The notes below the pieces were generated by a model that was not told the DNA's origin, did no database searches, and was given only the letters and a program-made list of their open reading frames with translations. A stretch of 64,000 nt of DNA, taken from positions 704,001 through 768,000 of the forward strand of contig CAVPBK010000006.1 of the NCBI GenBank assembly GCA_963701855.1, given 5' to 3'. Position 1 is the first letter of the stretch, and each line of letters opens with the position of its first letter. Positions 51,596 to 61,273 of the stretch are shown here, one piece after another. This DNA is from Nitrospirota bacterium. Its GTDB lineage: Bacteria > Nitrospirota > Nitrospiria > Nitrospirales > Nitrospiraceae. A program made the translations under genes and the position numbers.

Positions 51596-52523
51596 GCCAT
51601 AGTTTGCGATCCCAAACGGCACATGGACACATGGGGTTGAAGCGGATGCGGGCTTGAGGTGACCAATCTGGTCATCGAAGAAAAATGTGTGGCTTGAGTA
51701 CGTCAAGCACCAGTTTCTTTTCAATCCCACCAAGCAAAAACAGCTCATCCGCATCGATACCAGCACTTGAGAGGGTTTTGATGAGCCGTTCATGCGCTGG
51801 GGCATTTCTGGCAGTAACAATCGCGATTCGCAGCATTTGCGTGTACTGGGCCATGTTCTGAGCTTTCTGCCTTTCGAGCTTCTGAAACTCAGAGATCTTT
51901 AGTAGCAGAGGCATGAGCGGACCGGCTTGCAAGGGCTTGTCCTTGAACTTCTTCTCGTGTTCGTGAAAAAGGTCCAGGTTCCCTGTGTCTTTATAAACTA
52001 CTTCAGCCTCGTCACCTGCAATAACTCCATCGAAGTCGAACGCTATTCGCAGTTGCTTGTCTTCATCGGTCGGAATTGTTTCGCAGGGAAGCACATAGCC
52101 CGCGGGAAAGCCGCTCTGGACGGCTGTGGCAACTTCATCCTTGTTTGTGCTGAGGTAAAGAACCGCACCGACCGATTGCATGTATGGATACGGAACCTGA
52201 CCTGCGAGAAAGAACGATCGAGAAATCTCGAGTTCGTAGTGAGCAACTGCATCCATTACGCGAAGCCCAGCATCGGCATGATTTCTGGACAGAATGACGA
52301 CTTCGATTGGATGTTCGTCTTTATAAATTCTGTTGAGGTGAAGTAACCGCTGAATGAACGGGAACGCAGCGCCGCGTTTCGGAACATCTTTTCTGTGTTC
52401 TCGTTGATACGCGCGAAAATCGTCCACTCCAAGCTTCAAGTAGAGATCGTGTTCAGCCGCCAAATCGAAAAGCGCTGTTGATGAGACAGCGACGACCAGC
52501 TTCCTTTCGATTGGGAATGGCAC
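51590..52523 (-). CDS. 5'-nucleotidase (cN-I-like HAD family), integron cassette gene, apparent +1 frameshift near 51683
   Basis: LVVAVSSTALFDL, IAFDFDGV, IVTARNAPAHER, PHIF/FDDQ; corrected stop is the TAA inside the attC inverse core. Confidence 0.88.
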
Positions 52524-52533
52524 GTGCTATGGC

Positions 52534-52563
52534 AGCTAACAATGATTAGGCGGACCTGCATAA
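52534..52563 (-). mobile_element. attI-like site (junction with the first cassette)
   Basis: TTATGCAGGTCCGCCTAATCATT-GTTAGCT: core site with no attC hairpin upstream. Confidence 0.65.
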
Positions 52564-52717
52564 GCTGCAGATGTCCGATTTCCTATCCGTCTAACACGCT
52601 ATCGATTCTCTTGAAAAGTACGCGATAATCCCTGCGATCTCGGTCAGTTACTGACCATGTTGCGGTTTATCACGGCATCTTATGCGGATCGGCATAATAC
52701 ACCCTTCTTGGATGAGT

Positions 52718-52828
52718 TAACAGCCGGTCCAGCAGACTACGAACGCCCGCCGGTACACGGTTGAGCACATAGGTATAGATCTTCGTCGTCCTCACGTCAC
52801 TGCACCCGAGCAACTCCTAGATCGTGCG
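52718..52828 (-). pseudogene. intI: integron integrase C-terminal remnant
   Basis: Translates RTI*ELLGCSDVRTTKIYTYVLNRVPAGVRSLLDRL, matching the IntI-type RTxQELLGHxDVxTTMIYTHVLNRGxxGVRSPLD. Confidence 0.88.
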
Positions 52829-52902
52829 GCTGAGGAAAACCTGTTTCGTGCAGGAGTGCTTCGATGGCCTGCACGTATGGAACAAGAGGAAAACACCCCC
52901 CG

Positions 52903-53026
52903 CAGGATGCTCAAAAAGTTCGTCCAGCAAGGCCGCAGCGAGTGAAGACCGGAGGCGTACCCTCTGGGGTACGTTGAGGGTCTGAACGATGCGAGAACGC
53001 CGCTGGCGGGCTTTTTCAGCATCCTG
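52903..53026. repeat. palindromic MITE/REP-like repeat, copy 2
   Basis: CAGGATGCTCAAAAAG...CTTTTTCAGCATCCTG, same core as 49361-49480; abuts the cysN stop. Confidence 0.9.
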
Positions 53027-54877
53027 TCAGATCGAATACTGAAAGGTCGGCTTCGCCCCAATCGCCTGAGCCAGAACTCCACGGCGCTTGAGCTCCTCAA
53101 GAATCCGACGAGTGGCCGCATCAAAGTCTGCTGGGCCTGACAGGACGATATCCGTATTGGGAGGGACTTCTTCGGGCGCTTTGCTCATGTGAATGGCGAT
53201 GACTGGGACCGGATGGACGAGCGTCCTGATGGCCTGTGCCGCTTCCGCATAGGCCATGCCGAAGGGATTGGTTGTCGAAACGACGATCAACCCGGTATCG
53301 ACCAGCAGCCGCGCCACTTCGCCATAGCGGCGAGCCATCTCGGTCGCCTGCCCCCGTTCATCCTCCGAAAGGTCTGCATCGAGGCCGCGGCGGAGATTCT
53401 CTCCATCGAGCAGGTACGCATGCCGGCCATCAGCTACTAGCCTCGCCTCGATGGTCCTGGCAAGGAAGGATTTCCCCGTATGCCGCCCGCCGGTCACCAA
53501 TACAATGGCGGCTCGATGACCATATTGCTGCGCGCGATCCTCGACGCCGACTTGACCCTTCACCCAGGCAAAGTCTCGCTGCCGCGCTTCTTCGCGGAGA
53601 AACTCCTGATCGTCATGGACCAGTTCTGTCACGATGCCGCCACCGGCAATGTCATATTCATCCACGAGGACGAACCGGCCGGTCGACTCAAACGAGGCCG
53701 AGAGGTCGAAGGCAACCGGCGTTTTGGCCCGAATCGTCAATTCAGCGACTTGATTCTTATTGACCACGCTACTGCCTTGTTGCTGAGCCAGATCCATCGT
53801 ATCGATGATCCGATGAATGGTCGCCACCTCACAATCGACTTCCCTCGTCGCCACTCTGAGTTGATAGCGCCGCCCCCGTTCCAACGGCTTCCGGCCCAGC
53901 CAGAACACATTGGCTCGAAAGGCCGTCGACACCAGCGGGAGTTGTTCTTGATGCGAGGCTACCTCTCCTCGTTCGACAAAGATCTGCTCATCGAGCGTGA
54001 CGCCGACTGATTGGCCTGCATGACCCTCTACTGGCGGAGGATCGATATTGAACGCTTCAACGGACTTGACCGTCGCCCGTTTGTTCGACGGCGAAAAAAC
54101 CAGGGAGTCGCCGACCTTCACACGCCCGGCTGTGACGCGCCCTGCAATGATGCGGCGGGCGTCGAATTTATACACATCCTGAACCGGCAGACGAAGCGGT
54201 TGTTCGAATCGTCCCGGTTCCTTCCGAAAGGCGCTGAGCGCGTCCAATACCGTCGGACCGCTGTACCAGGGCATCTGCTCGCTCCGGTTGGCAATATTAT
54301 CTCCAAGCTTGGCGCTGACCGGAATGATCTGCTGTGGTACCGCCTTGAACTGTCCGAGGAACTCTCGATATTCCTTTTCGATCCCATCGAACACATCCTG
54401 TCGGTAGCCGACCAGATCCATCTTATTCACCACGACGGCAAACTGGCGTACGCCCAGGAGCGATAAGAGATAACCATGTTTTTTGGACTGTTCCTTCACG
54501 CCCTCCAAGGCATCGATCAGCAGCAACGCCCCTTCAGCCCGGGCTGCTCCGGAGATCATGTTCTTGAGAAACTCCTTATGACCCGGCGCATCGATGATGA
54601 TGTAGTGCCGGCCCTTCCAGCCGAAAAACGTCCGCGCCGTATCGATGGTGATTCCTTGCTCCTGCTCCTCAAGAAAGGCGTCGAACAGAAATGCGTACTC
54701 AAATTCCTTGCCCTGCTGGCGGCAGATCGCTTGAACTTTTTCAAGTTTGCCGTCTGGCAACGATCCTGTATCGGCATAGAGACGCCCCAGCAAGGTGGAC
54801 TTCCCATGGTCCACATGCCCGACAATGACGATATTCAAATTGTCTGATGGTTTCATAGTCGTTGTTGTCATTCGCAT
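53027..54877 (-). CDS. cysN: sulfate adenylyltransferase subunit 1 with degenerate APS-kinase-like C-terminal domain
   Basis: [25 protein letters not shown]-terminal GGRHTGKS and [10 protein letters not shown]. Confidence 0.92.
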   Translation of the reverse strand: MRMTTTTMKPSDNLNIVIVGHVDHGKSTLLGRLYADTGSLPDGKLEKVQAICRQQGKEFEYAFLFDAFLEEQEQGITIDTARTFFGWKGRHYIIIDAPGHKEFLKNMISGAARAEGALLLIDALEGVKEQSKKHGYLLSLLGVRQFAVVVNKMDLVGYRQDVFDGIEKEYREFLGQFKAVPQQIIPVSAKLGDNIANRSEQMPWYSGPTVLDALSAFRKEPGRFEQPLRLPVQDVYKFDARRIIAGRVTAGRVKVGDSLVFSPSNKRATVKSVEAFNIDPPPVEGHAGQSVGVTLDEQIFVERGEVASHQEQLPLVSTAFRANVFWLGRKPLERGRRYQLRVATREVDCEVATIHRIIDTMDLAQQQGSSVVNKNQVAELTIRAKTPVAFDLSASFESTGRFVLVDEYDIAGGGIVTELVHDDQEFLREEARQRDFAWVKGQVGVEDRAQQYGHRAAIVLVTGGRHTGKSFLARTIEARLVADGRHAYLLDGENLRRGLDADLSEDERGQATEMARRYGEVARLLVDTGLIVVSTTNPFGMAYAEAAQAIRTLVHPVPVIAIHMSKAPEEVPPNTDIVLSGPADFDAATRRILEELKRRGVLAQAIGAKPTFQYSI

Positions 54878-54880
54878 GCT

Positions 54881-55008
54881 CCAGAATGCTCAAACGAGCA
54901 GGCCAGCGAGGCCGCAGGGAGCGAGCTAAGTGAGGCGTACCCTCTGGGGTACGTCGCAGCGAAGGTCGCGACTGAGAACGAAGCTGGATGCTCGTTTCAG
55001 CATTCTGG
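54881..55008. repeat. palindromic MITE/REP-like repeat, copy 3
   Basis: CCAGAATGCTCAAACGAGCA...TGCTCGTTTCAGCATTCTGG; shares GAGGCGTACCCTCTGGGGTACGT with copy 2. Confidence 0.85.
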
Positions 55009-55010
55009 GC

Positions 55011-55808
55011 CTACATGTAGCCGTCTTTGCGGAGTAGCTCCATCCCGCGCCCTTCATCCTGCGCACGGCCTGATCGCTCTGCCACCGTGGTGTGCCGCAA
55101 CTCGTCAATGATGTCGTCCACGGATTTTGCCGTCGATTTGATCGGAGTCGTACAGGGCGCACAGCCGAGACTGCGATAGCGGGTCCCCTCCCCCTTGTCG
55201 AGATAAAGATCGATGAAGGGAATGTTCTCGAACTTGATGTATTCCCAAATATTGATTTCTGTCCAATCCAGCAGCGGATGGATCCGGATATGTGTTCCCG
55301 GAGGAAACGTCGTTTTGAATTGATCCCAAAGCTCCGGCGGCTGATCGCGAAAATCCCAATCGCCATGTTTGTCACGAGGCGAGAAATAGCGTTCCTTGGC
55401 TCTCGTCCCTTCTTCGTCTGCGCGCACACCGAGAATGATGCCCGTATAGCCCTTTTGCTCGATCAATTGCTTGAGGCCATTGGTTTTCAGAGCCGTACAA
55501 CAGTTGACGCGGCCCAGCGTATGATTCATCCCGGCCGCGAGCGCTTCCTTGTTTTGCCCTACGACCAACTTGAGGCCCCACTCACGGGCCACTCGATCTC
55601 GATATTCGATCATGGCGGGAATTTTGTAACTCGTGTCGACGTGCAGCAGAGGGAAGGGAACATGGCCGAAAAAGGCCTTTCTGGCCAACCATAATAAAAC
55701 AGTCGAATCCTTCCCCATCGACCACAGCATAGCCAGGTTGTCGAAATGCTTATAGGCTTCCCGGAGAATGTAGACGCTCTGGTCTTCTAATTGACGAAGA
55801 TGTTGCAC
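55011..55808 (-). CDS. cysD: sulfate adenylyltransferase subunit 2
   Basis: [35 protein letters not shown]. Confidence 0.96.
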   Translation of the reverse strand: MQHLRQLEDQSVYILREAYKHFDNLAMLWSMGKDSTVLLWLARKAFFGHVPFPLLHVDTSYKIPAMIEYRDRVAREWGLKLVVGQNKEALAAGMNHTLGRVNCCTALKTNGLKQLIEQKGYTGIILGVRADEEGTRAKERYFSPRDKHGDWDFRDQPPELWDQFKTTFPPGTHIRIHPLLDWTEINIWEYIKFENIPFIDLYLDKGEGTRYRSLGCAPCTTPIKSTAKSVDDIIDELRHTTVAERSGRAQDEGRGMELLRKDGYM

Positions 55809-55829
55809 GGACTCGATTCCCTCGTATGG

Positions 55830-56891
55830 TCAATATATTCGGCCGGTCACACCGATACCCACCGGCTCTTGAGTCAACTCCTCCAGCTTTTTGGCCGCCG
55901 CCCCCTCTTCGAGCGCTCGACGCGCCAGCGGAAGGCACGACGCCCATGTCGCCCCTTTGCCTGCGGCGTACAGAATCAATGCCGCATTCATCAAGACCCA
56001 GTTGCAAGAACCACCAGGCACTTGATTATGGAGAATCCGTCGGAGCAGATCCGCCTCCTTGTCTCGCTGGTTCGATGGGAAGCCCGCCATGTCTCGTGGC
56101 GTACCCAGGGGCAATCCGACATCTTTCGATGCAAACGAGAGGGGTGTAATCCGCTCATCTCGCAATTCCAGCACCCTTGTGAGCCCGGCAACCGATAGCT
56201 CCGGATCGCCTTCAACGCCACTGACCACCAGCGCCCGCGGGGAAGCCAGCATCCGCAACACTTCAGCCGTCTTTTCAAAATGAGGAGGATGGGATAGGCC
56301 GACGACCTGCGACAAGGCGCGAGCCGGATTCAGGAGCCTTGCAATCGGATGAAAGATATTCCGCGCTCCCAGCTCCTGGCGCATCTCTAGAAAGCGATAG
56401 ACCGGAGGGTGGTAGAGGGCAATATCGAGATAGGCGAATCCGTGCCGCGTCACGGACTCTGCCGCCGCTTTTGGTTCCATCTCGACCGGCAGGCCCAAGG
56501 CCTTGAGCACCCCGGCATTCCCTGCACGGCCGGGAATTCCATCATACCCATGCATCAAGACCGACGCGCCTGCCGATGCAGCCACAATGGCGGCAGCCGC
56601 AAGGGCATGGAAGGTGTCCTGTTTCCCCGCGTAGCTCGGCAGATCGACAACGCCAAGCTCTCGCGGGATAGGCACAGGCGCCACATAGGAGCGCGCGGTC
56701 GCGGTCATCGACGCCAGTTCGGTGACGGATTCCATCTTGATCCGCATGGCCATGAGAAAGGCCCCCACCTGCGCTTGCGTGGCCTCTCCTTCAATGAGGG
56801 CCTTCATCGCCCGCTTCGCTTCGTCCCAGGTGAGATCCTTGGCAGCTCGTGGCCCCTTGGCAATTTTTGCGATAAGTTCCTGCATCGACAT
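55830..56891 (-). CDS. anthranilate phosphoribosyltransferase-like (TrpD2/YbiB-like) protein
   Basis: QVGAFLMAMRIKMES, RQELGARNIF, LLNP; SYAGK replaces the TrpD GTGGD loop; TGATG overlap with cysH. Confidence 0.82.
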   Translation of the reverse strand: MSMQELIAKIAKGPRAAKDLTWDEAKRAMKALIEGEATQAQVGAFLMAMRIKMESVTELASMTATARSYVAPVPIPRELGVVDLPSYAGKQDTFHALAAAAIVAASAGASVLMHGYDGIPGRAGNAGVLKALGLPVEMEPKAAAESVTRHGFAYLDIALYHPPVYRFLEMRQELGARNIFHPIARLLNPARALSQVVGLSHPPHFEKTAEVLRMLASPRALVVSGVEGDPELSVAGLTRVLELRDERITPLSFASKDVGLPLGTPRDMAGFPSNQRDKEADLLRRILHNQVPGGSCNWVLMNAALILYAAGKGATWASCLPLARRALEEGAAAKKLEELTQEPVGIGVTGRIY

Positions 56892-57623
56892 CACGAGGCC
56901 TTGTGTAACCCGCACTCAGTCTTAGTAAAGTTCTTCCACCGTCCCGCACGAGTGTCTTCGCCGGGCATCACCGGGCTTGTGCAATAGGTGCAGCCGATAC
57001 TGGGATAGTTGCGGTCATGCAATTCGTTGTAGGGAACTTCATAGACACGAATGTAGGTCCAGACATCCTCCCAGCTCCACTTCGCAAGCGGATTGACCTT
57101 CGCCAACTGAAATTTCTGGTCCCACTCGATCAACTTGGCATTGGCTCTCGTGGGAGACTGATCTCGTCTGATCCCGGTGATCCATGCGTCGAATCCCTTG
57201 AGTACTCGGGTGAGCGGCTCCACCTTGCGCAACTCACAACATTGATCAGGCTGGCGTGCCCAGAGGGCCTCACCATGCTGGTCCGCTTGTTGTTCCGGCG
57301 TGAGCAACGACTTCACCTGAATGACCTGCTGCGGTTGCAACCCATAGCGTTCGATCGACGCGATCGCGCGTGGCATAAGTCTCAGGAAAAAGAAACTCCG
57401 TGTCGAGATAGAAGAGCGGCACAGAGGGATCGATGCGGTGGACCATATCCAGGAGCACGACGTCCTCCGCTCCGAAACTGCAGGCCAGCACGATCTTCGA
57501 CGGGTACCGCTCAATCGCGGCAGCCAGGATCTCTTGCGGCTGCTTCGCTTCGAACGACTCGCCCCAGGCCTTCAATTCTTCTGATGAGAGATTTGCCATT
57601 GGGCTCTTTCTACTTTCACTCAC
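56891..57623 (-). CDS. cysH: APS/PAPS reductase (apparent +1 frameshift near 57357)
   Basis: SFGAED, LDT, CCELRKVEPL, YPSIGCTYCT, ECGLH. Confidence 0.93.
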
Positions 57624-57630
57624 ACTTCAA

Positions 57631-57721
57631 GCGGCGAGAGGGATGATTTCCAACTGCGCGCGTCCAACGAGGGCCTTCTGAGGCCGCGCGTTGCGCGAGC
57701 AAGGAAACATCCCTTCGCCGC
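57631..57721. repeat. long imperfect palindrome (REP-like)
   Basis: GCGGCGAGAGGGATG...CATCCCTTCGCCGC termini between the sulfite reductase gene and cysH. Confidence 0.7.
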
Positions 57722-57722
57722 A

Positions 57723-60218
57723 TCATTCCACTTTTTCGACCAAAATCCGATAATGATCCGCGGCGGCTTCGAGTGGTTCCTGCAGCAACAACAAATGCCC
57801 ATCGTTTTTCAAACTTAGGGGCACGTTCTTGATGGGTTCGCCCGCATCGAGCCAGACTTCCAAACGTTCACCCGCATCCATCATCTCCAGCTTCAGCTTG
57901 GTCTTCACATAATTCATGGGACAGGCAACCCCGCGCAAATCGTAGACCGGCGCGGTGGATGCAGCAGGCGCGGTCACAGAGACGACAGCCGGCTTGACCT
58001 CGGATGGCGCATTGGTCGTGACCACCTCTGCCTTGTCCGCCGGCGCCAATTTGAGATCTTTACCCATCTGCTCAGTGGCTGCACGACAGGCGTCGACGAA
58101 TCCCTTGGCAAAGGCCATCTTGTCGCGGGCCGATTCACCCGTCGTGTCCTTGGGCCCTAAATCGCCGACCCGCTTCCTCAGTTCCCGATACATTGTTGGA
58201 ACGATGCCTTTCTGCGCAATCCGACTGTCGAATTCGATAAAAGTTTCCGCATCCGTCGAAGGCTCAAGTCCTTCCGTGACGAGTAACGCCTTGGCAGCAG
58301 CCAATATGGCGCGATAAGACTTGTTCACCGAGACGGAATATTGATGATTATCGACAAGCAGTTTTGCCTGATACAGCTCTTGGTCAGCTTCAAGAATTCC
58401 GTTTTCGATCATTTCAAGCGCGCCACCCGCACATTCTCCAGGCCCAAGATCCTCCAAGACAAACTCTGCTTCTCCTTCCCAATCGTAGTAAAATGTCGCG
58501 TCGTCTTGAAAGGACGGAACGATGGTGTAAGGAATCAATTCGTCCTTGAGTTTGACCTTGCCGACACGATCGATGAAGGCCGGCAGCCCTTCCCCGGAGA
58601 GACGATCCCGCCGATATACGTCAATCAAGTGCGTGATCGCAGCCGACACACTCTTGGCCGGCAACTTGACCACCATCTGTCCGATCTTCGCTGTCCCGTT
58701 GACCTTCCCGCCCAAATGCAATTCATAGAAGGGCGCGACATGCTCGCCAATACGTTTCCCCACTCCATGCAAACCGATCGTGGCGATATGGTGCTGGGCG
58801 CAGGAGTTGTGGCACCCGCTGATCTTGACCGTCACATCCTTCAGATCCTCGGGGACCCGGCCGGCCGGAAATACCTCAGCCAAGGCTCGCGCGAGACCCT
58901 TTGAGGACGTGATCCCTAATCCGCACGTGTCGGTGCCGGGACAGGCGATAATATCTTCGACCAACTCGGCGCCGGGATCGGCCAAGCCCTGTGAGGCCAA
59001 GTCGGCATAGAGGTCGGCGATGCGCGACTCCGGTATCCATCGAATGATCATGTTTTGATTGATCGTCGTCCGAATGTTGCCATTGGAGTAACGATCCGCA
59101 AGGTCAGCGATGAGCAGCATCTGCTCTGCCGTAAGATCGCCCATGAATAATTTAGTCACTGCGGCGACGTAGCCCTCTTGCTTCTGGCGCACCACATTGG
59201 TCCGCCGCCACATCTCAAATGGCGTCTCCGTCGGCGCCCCGTTTACATGCCCGTTGGCCTGCATCGCTGTCTGCTTCGACCCATTCGACATCGGCATGAT
59301 GAGAGGAACTGGTTCATCCGGATACGACAGTAACTTGATGGGCTCATGGGTGGGACGGGCATGCCCCATCGACATGTAGGCCTCCTCCCATCGACGTTTG
59401 AACTCCGCAAAGCCCAGCTTTTCGATCACAAACTTCATCCGGGCCTTTGTGCGATTTTTTCGATTGCCCAGGGTGTCGAACACCCGAATCACGGCTTCCA
59501 CACTTGGGATGAGCTCATCCATCGGGGTAAACTCCCGAAGGACCTGCGCGAGCCGAGGGGCCGAACCGAGTCCGCCGCCTGCGACCATGCGAAAACCGAC
59601 GACTCCATCCGCGCGCTTGGCTGCGAGAAGCCCGATATCGTGAATCGGTGTGAGCGCACAGTCCTGCTTACAGCCGGAGAAGGCAATTTTGAATTTACGC
59701 GGAAGGCTCTGATTGAGCGGATTCCGCAAAAGATGGAGCGCGACAGTTTTCGCATAGGGCGTCACGTCGAACACTTCCCCCTGGCAGATCCCGGCAAGAT
59801 GACAAGCCGTCACGTTACGAACCGTATTGGCGCAAGCTTCTCTGGTGGTCAAACCGACCTCAGCAAGCCCGCGCATGATCGTCGGCACATCCTTTAATTC
59901 AACAAAATGCAACTGGATATCCTGGCGCGTGGTGACATGCCCGACGCCGGTGGCATATTGCTCGGTCAGTTCTGCAACCCGACGCAATTGATTGGCCGTG
60001 ACCCCGCCGAAGGGAATCTTGATACGGATCATCTGGACACCGGCTTGCCGTTGGCCATAAATGCCGTACTGGAGACGAAAGGGCCTGAATAGATCGGCTG
60101 AGACGTCGCCCGAAACCATGCGCATTGCCTCAGCCTCGAATGTCTCGATCTCCTCGACAACAGCAGGAGGAATGGGCTCTGTTTTGATGGGAACCGTACT
60201 GAGTGGTGTGCGATTCAT
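57723..60218 (-). CDS. siroheme sulfite/nitrite reductase fused to HEPN-like and TusA/SirA domains
   Basis: TTRQDIQ, LPRKFK, ACPGTDTC, SGCHNSC; helical HEPN-like segment; C-terminal DLRGVACPMNYVK. Confidence 0.92.
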   Translation of the reverse strand: MNRTPLSTVPIKTEPIPPAVVEEIETFEAEAMRMVSGDVSADLFRPFRLQYGIYGQRQAGVQMIRIKIPFGGVTANQLRRVAELTEQYATGVGHVTTRQDIQLHFVELKDVPTIMRGLAEVGLTTREACANTVRNVTACHLAGICQGEVFDVTPYAKTVALHLLRNPLNQSLPRKFKIAFSGCKQDCALTPIHDIGLLAAKRADGVVGFRMVAGGGLGSAPRLAQVLREFTPMDELIPSVEAVIRVFDTLGNRKNRTKARMKFVIEKLGFAEFKRRWEEAYMSMGHARPTHEPIKLLSYPDEPVPLIMPMSNGSKQTAMQANGHVNGAPTETPFEMWRRTNVVRQKQEGYVAAVTKLFMGDLTAEQMLLIADLADRYSNGNIRTTINQNMIIRWIPESRIADLYADLASQGLADPGAELVEDIIACPGTDTCGLGITSSKGLARALAEVFPAGRVPEDLKDVTVKISGCHNSCAQHHIATIGLHGVGKRIGEHVAPFYELHLGGKVNGTAKIGQMVVKLPAKSVSAAITHLIDVYRRDRLSGEGLPAFIDRVGKVKLKDELIPYTIVPSFQDDATFYYDWEGEAEFVLEDLGPGECAGGALEMIENGILEADQELYQAKLLVDNHQYSVSVNKSYRAILAAAKALLVTEGLEPSTDAETFIEFDSRIAQKGIVPTMYRELRKRVGDLGPKDTTGESARDKMAFAKGFVDACRAATEQMGKDLKLAPADKAEVVTTNAPSEVKPAVVSVTAPAASTAPVYDLRGVACPMNYVKTKLKLEMMDAGERLEVWLDAGEPIKNVPLSLKNDGHLLLLQEPLEAAADHYRILVEKVE

Positions 60219-60226
60219 AGGTAACC

Positions 60227-60676
60227 TCAAATGTGGTACATCAACGACCGCTCTTCTTCAAGCACTCGTTGCTGTCCGGCTAATTCTTCCACGCTGATGG
60301 CTTCAAGTACATGGCGTTCTGCTTGATAAACCTGCTCCCAAACCCTCCCAAGCAGAAGTTCCGGTTTGCTGAGTCGTCGCCCCTGTGTACGGCCAGCTCC
60401 GCCACTCGGGAGTGAAAGCGGACCATCAAGTGCCTCGATGATTTCGACAACCGATAGCTCGGACGGTTTCTTCGAAAGCACATACCCTCCCTGCGCTCCT
60501 CGAAGGCTCGATACAAGACCGGCCTTCTTCATCCCATAAAGAACTTGCTCGAGAAATCGAGCAGGGATGGCCTGTCGACGCGCAATTGATTTTGCTTGAA
60601 CTGGCGCTGTTCCGAGATGCATCGCTAGATCGACAGCTGCCATGATTCCATAGGTAGCTCTGAGGGACACCTTCAT
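60227..60676 (-). CDS. Rrf2-family regulator, Cys-free (CymR-like)
   Basis: IARRQAIPARFLEQ, SLRGAQGGY; no cysteines; heads the sulfate-assimilation operon. Confidence 0.92.
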   Translation of the reverse strand: MKVSLRATYGIMAAVDLAMHLGTAPVQAKSIARRQAIPARFLEQVLYGMKKAGLVSSLRGAQGGYVLSKKPSELSVVEIIEALDGPLSLPSGGAGRTQGRRLSKPELLLGRVWEQVYQAERHVLEAISVEELAGQQRVLEEERSLMYHI

Positions 60677-60701
60677 ACATGAGTATTCCGGTAGGAATTA
60701 A
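60675..60701. promoter_or_regulatory. putative Rrf2/CymR-type operator
   Basis: ATACATGAGTATTCCGGTAGGAATTAA directly at the start codon; ends in GGAATT like CymR boxes. Confidence 0.45.
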
Positions 60702-60783
60702 AACACATGTCGTGTCTTATACTCCCTGAAAGACTCTACTGTCAAGCGACCTCTCGCTGAAAGTCCCGAGTGCGCAGTCTTGG

Positions 60784-60917
60784 CAGAATGCTGAAACGGT
60801 TCGCCGACGGAAGAGGATTGTTATTTGGTTTGTCTGGTTTTGTTCGTTGAACGAAACTAACCAGATGAACCAACCGTCCAGATAAACAAAACAAACCAGA
60901 TCAACCAGACAAACCAG
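60784..60917. repeat. MITE/REP-like repeat with 9-bp periodic AACCAGAYA units
   Basis: Starts CAGAATGCTGAAAC; homologous to 33199-33255 (inverted). Confidence 0.75.
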
Positions 60918-61273
60918 GCCTGTCCCACATAAGTGGACCCTCTATGTTCTCGCCTGCCAAAGGAGTATCCCGGCAGCCTGATCGAGAGCAGCCTGCGTTA
61001 GCCAGGAATGAATTTGTCGAGAGGATTACTGCACGTACATGCTAGTCGAATGAAATGGGCACGGCACAGAAACAGTCGGACCAGTGAAGCGTTTCTCCCA
61101 AAACATCGATCCTCATTCGCTAAGACAAGACCGCCCACCCGGCGAGAAAAAACCATTCAGTTTTCCGTGCTCAGTTCAGCAAGAACCGCTCTCTCTATAT
61201 TTTCCCGGTTGACATCAAATTGGCTCTGGGCAATAATCACCCCGCTTCACCGATTTTTTCTCCAGGAATCTTC

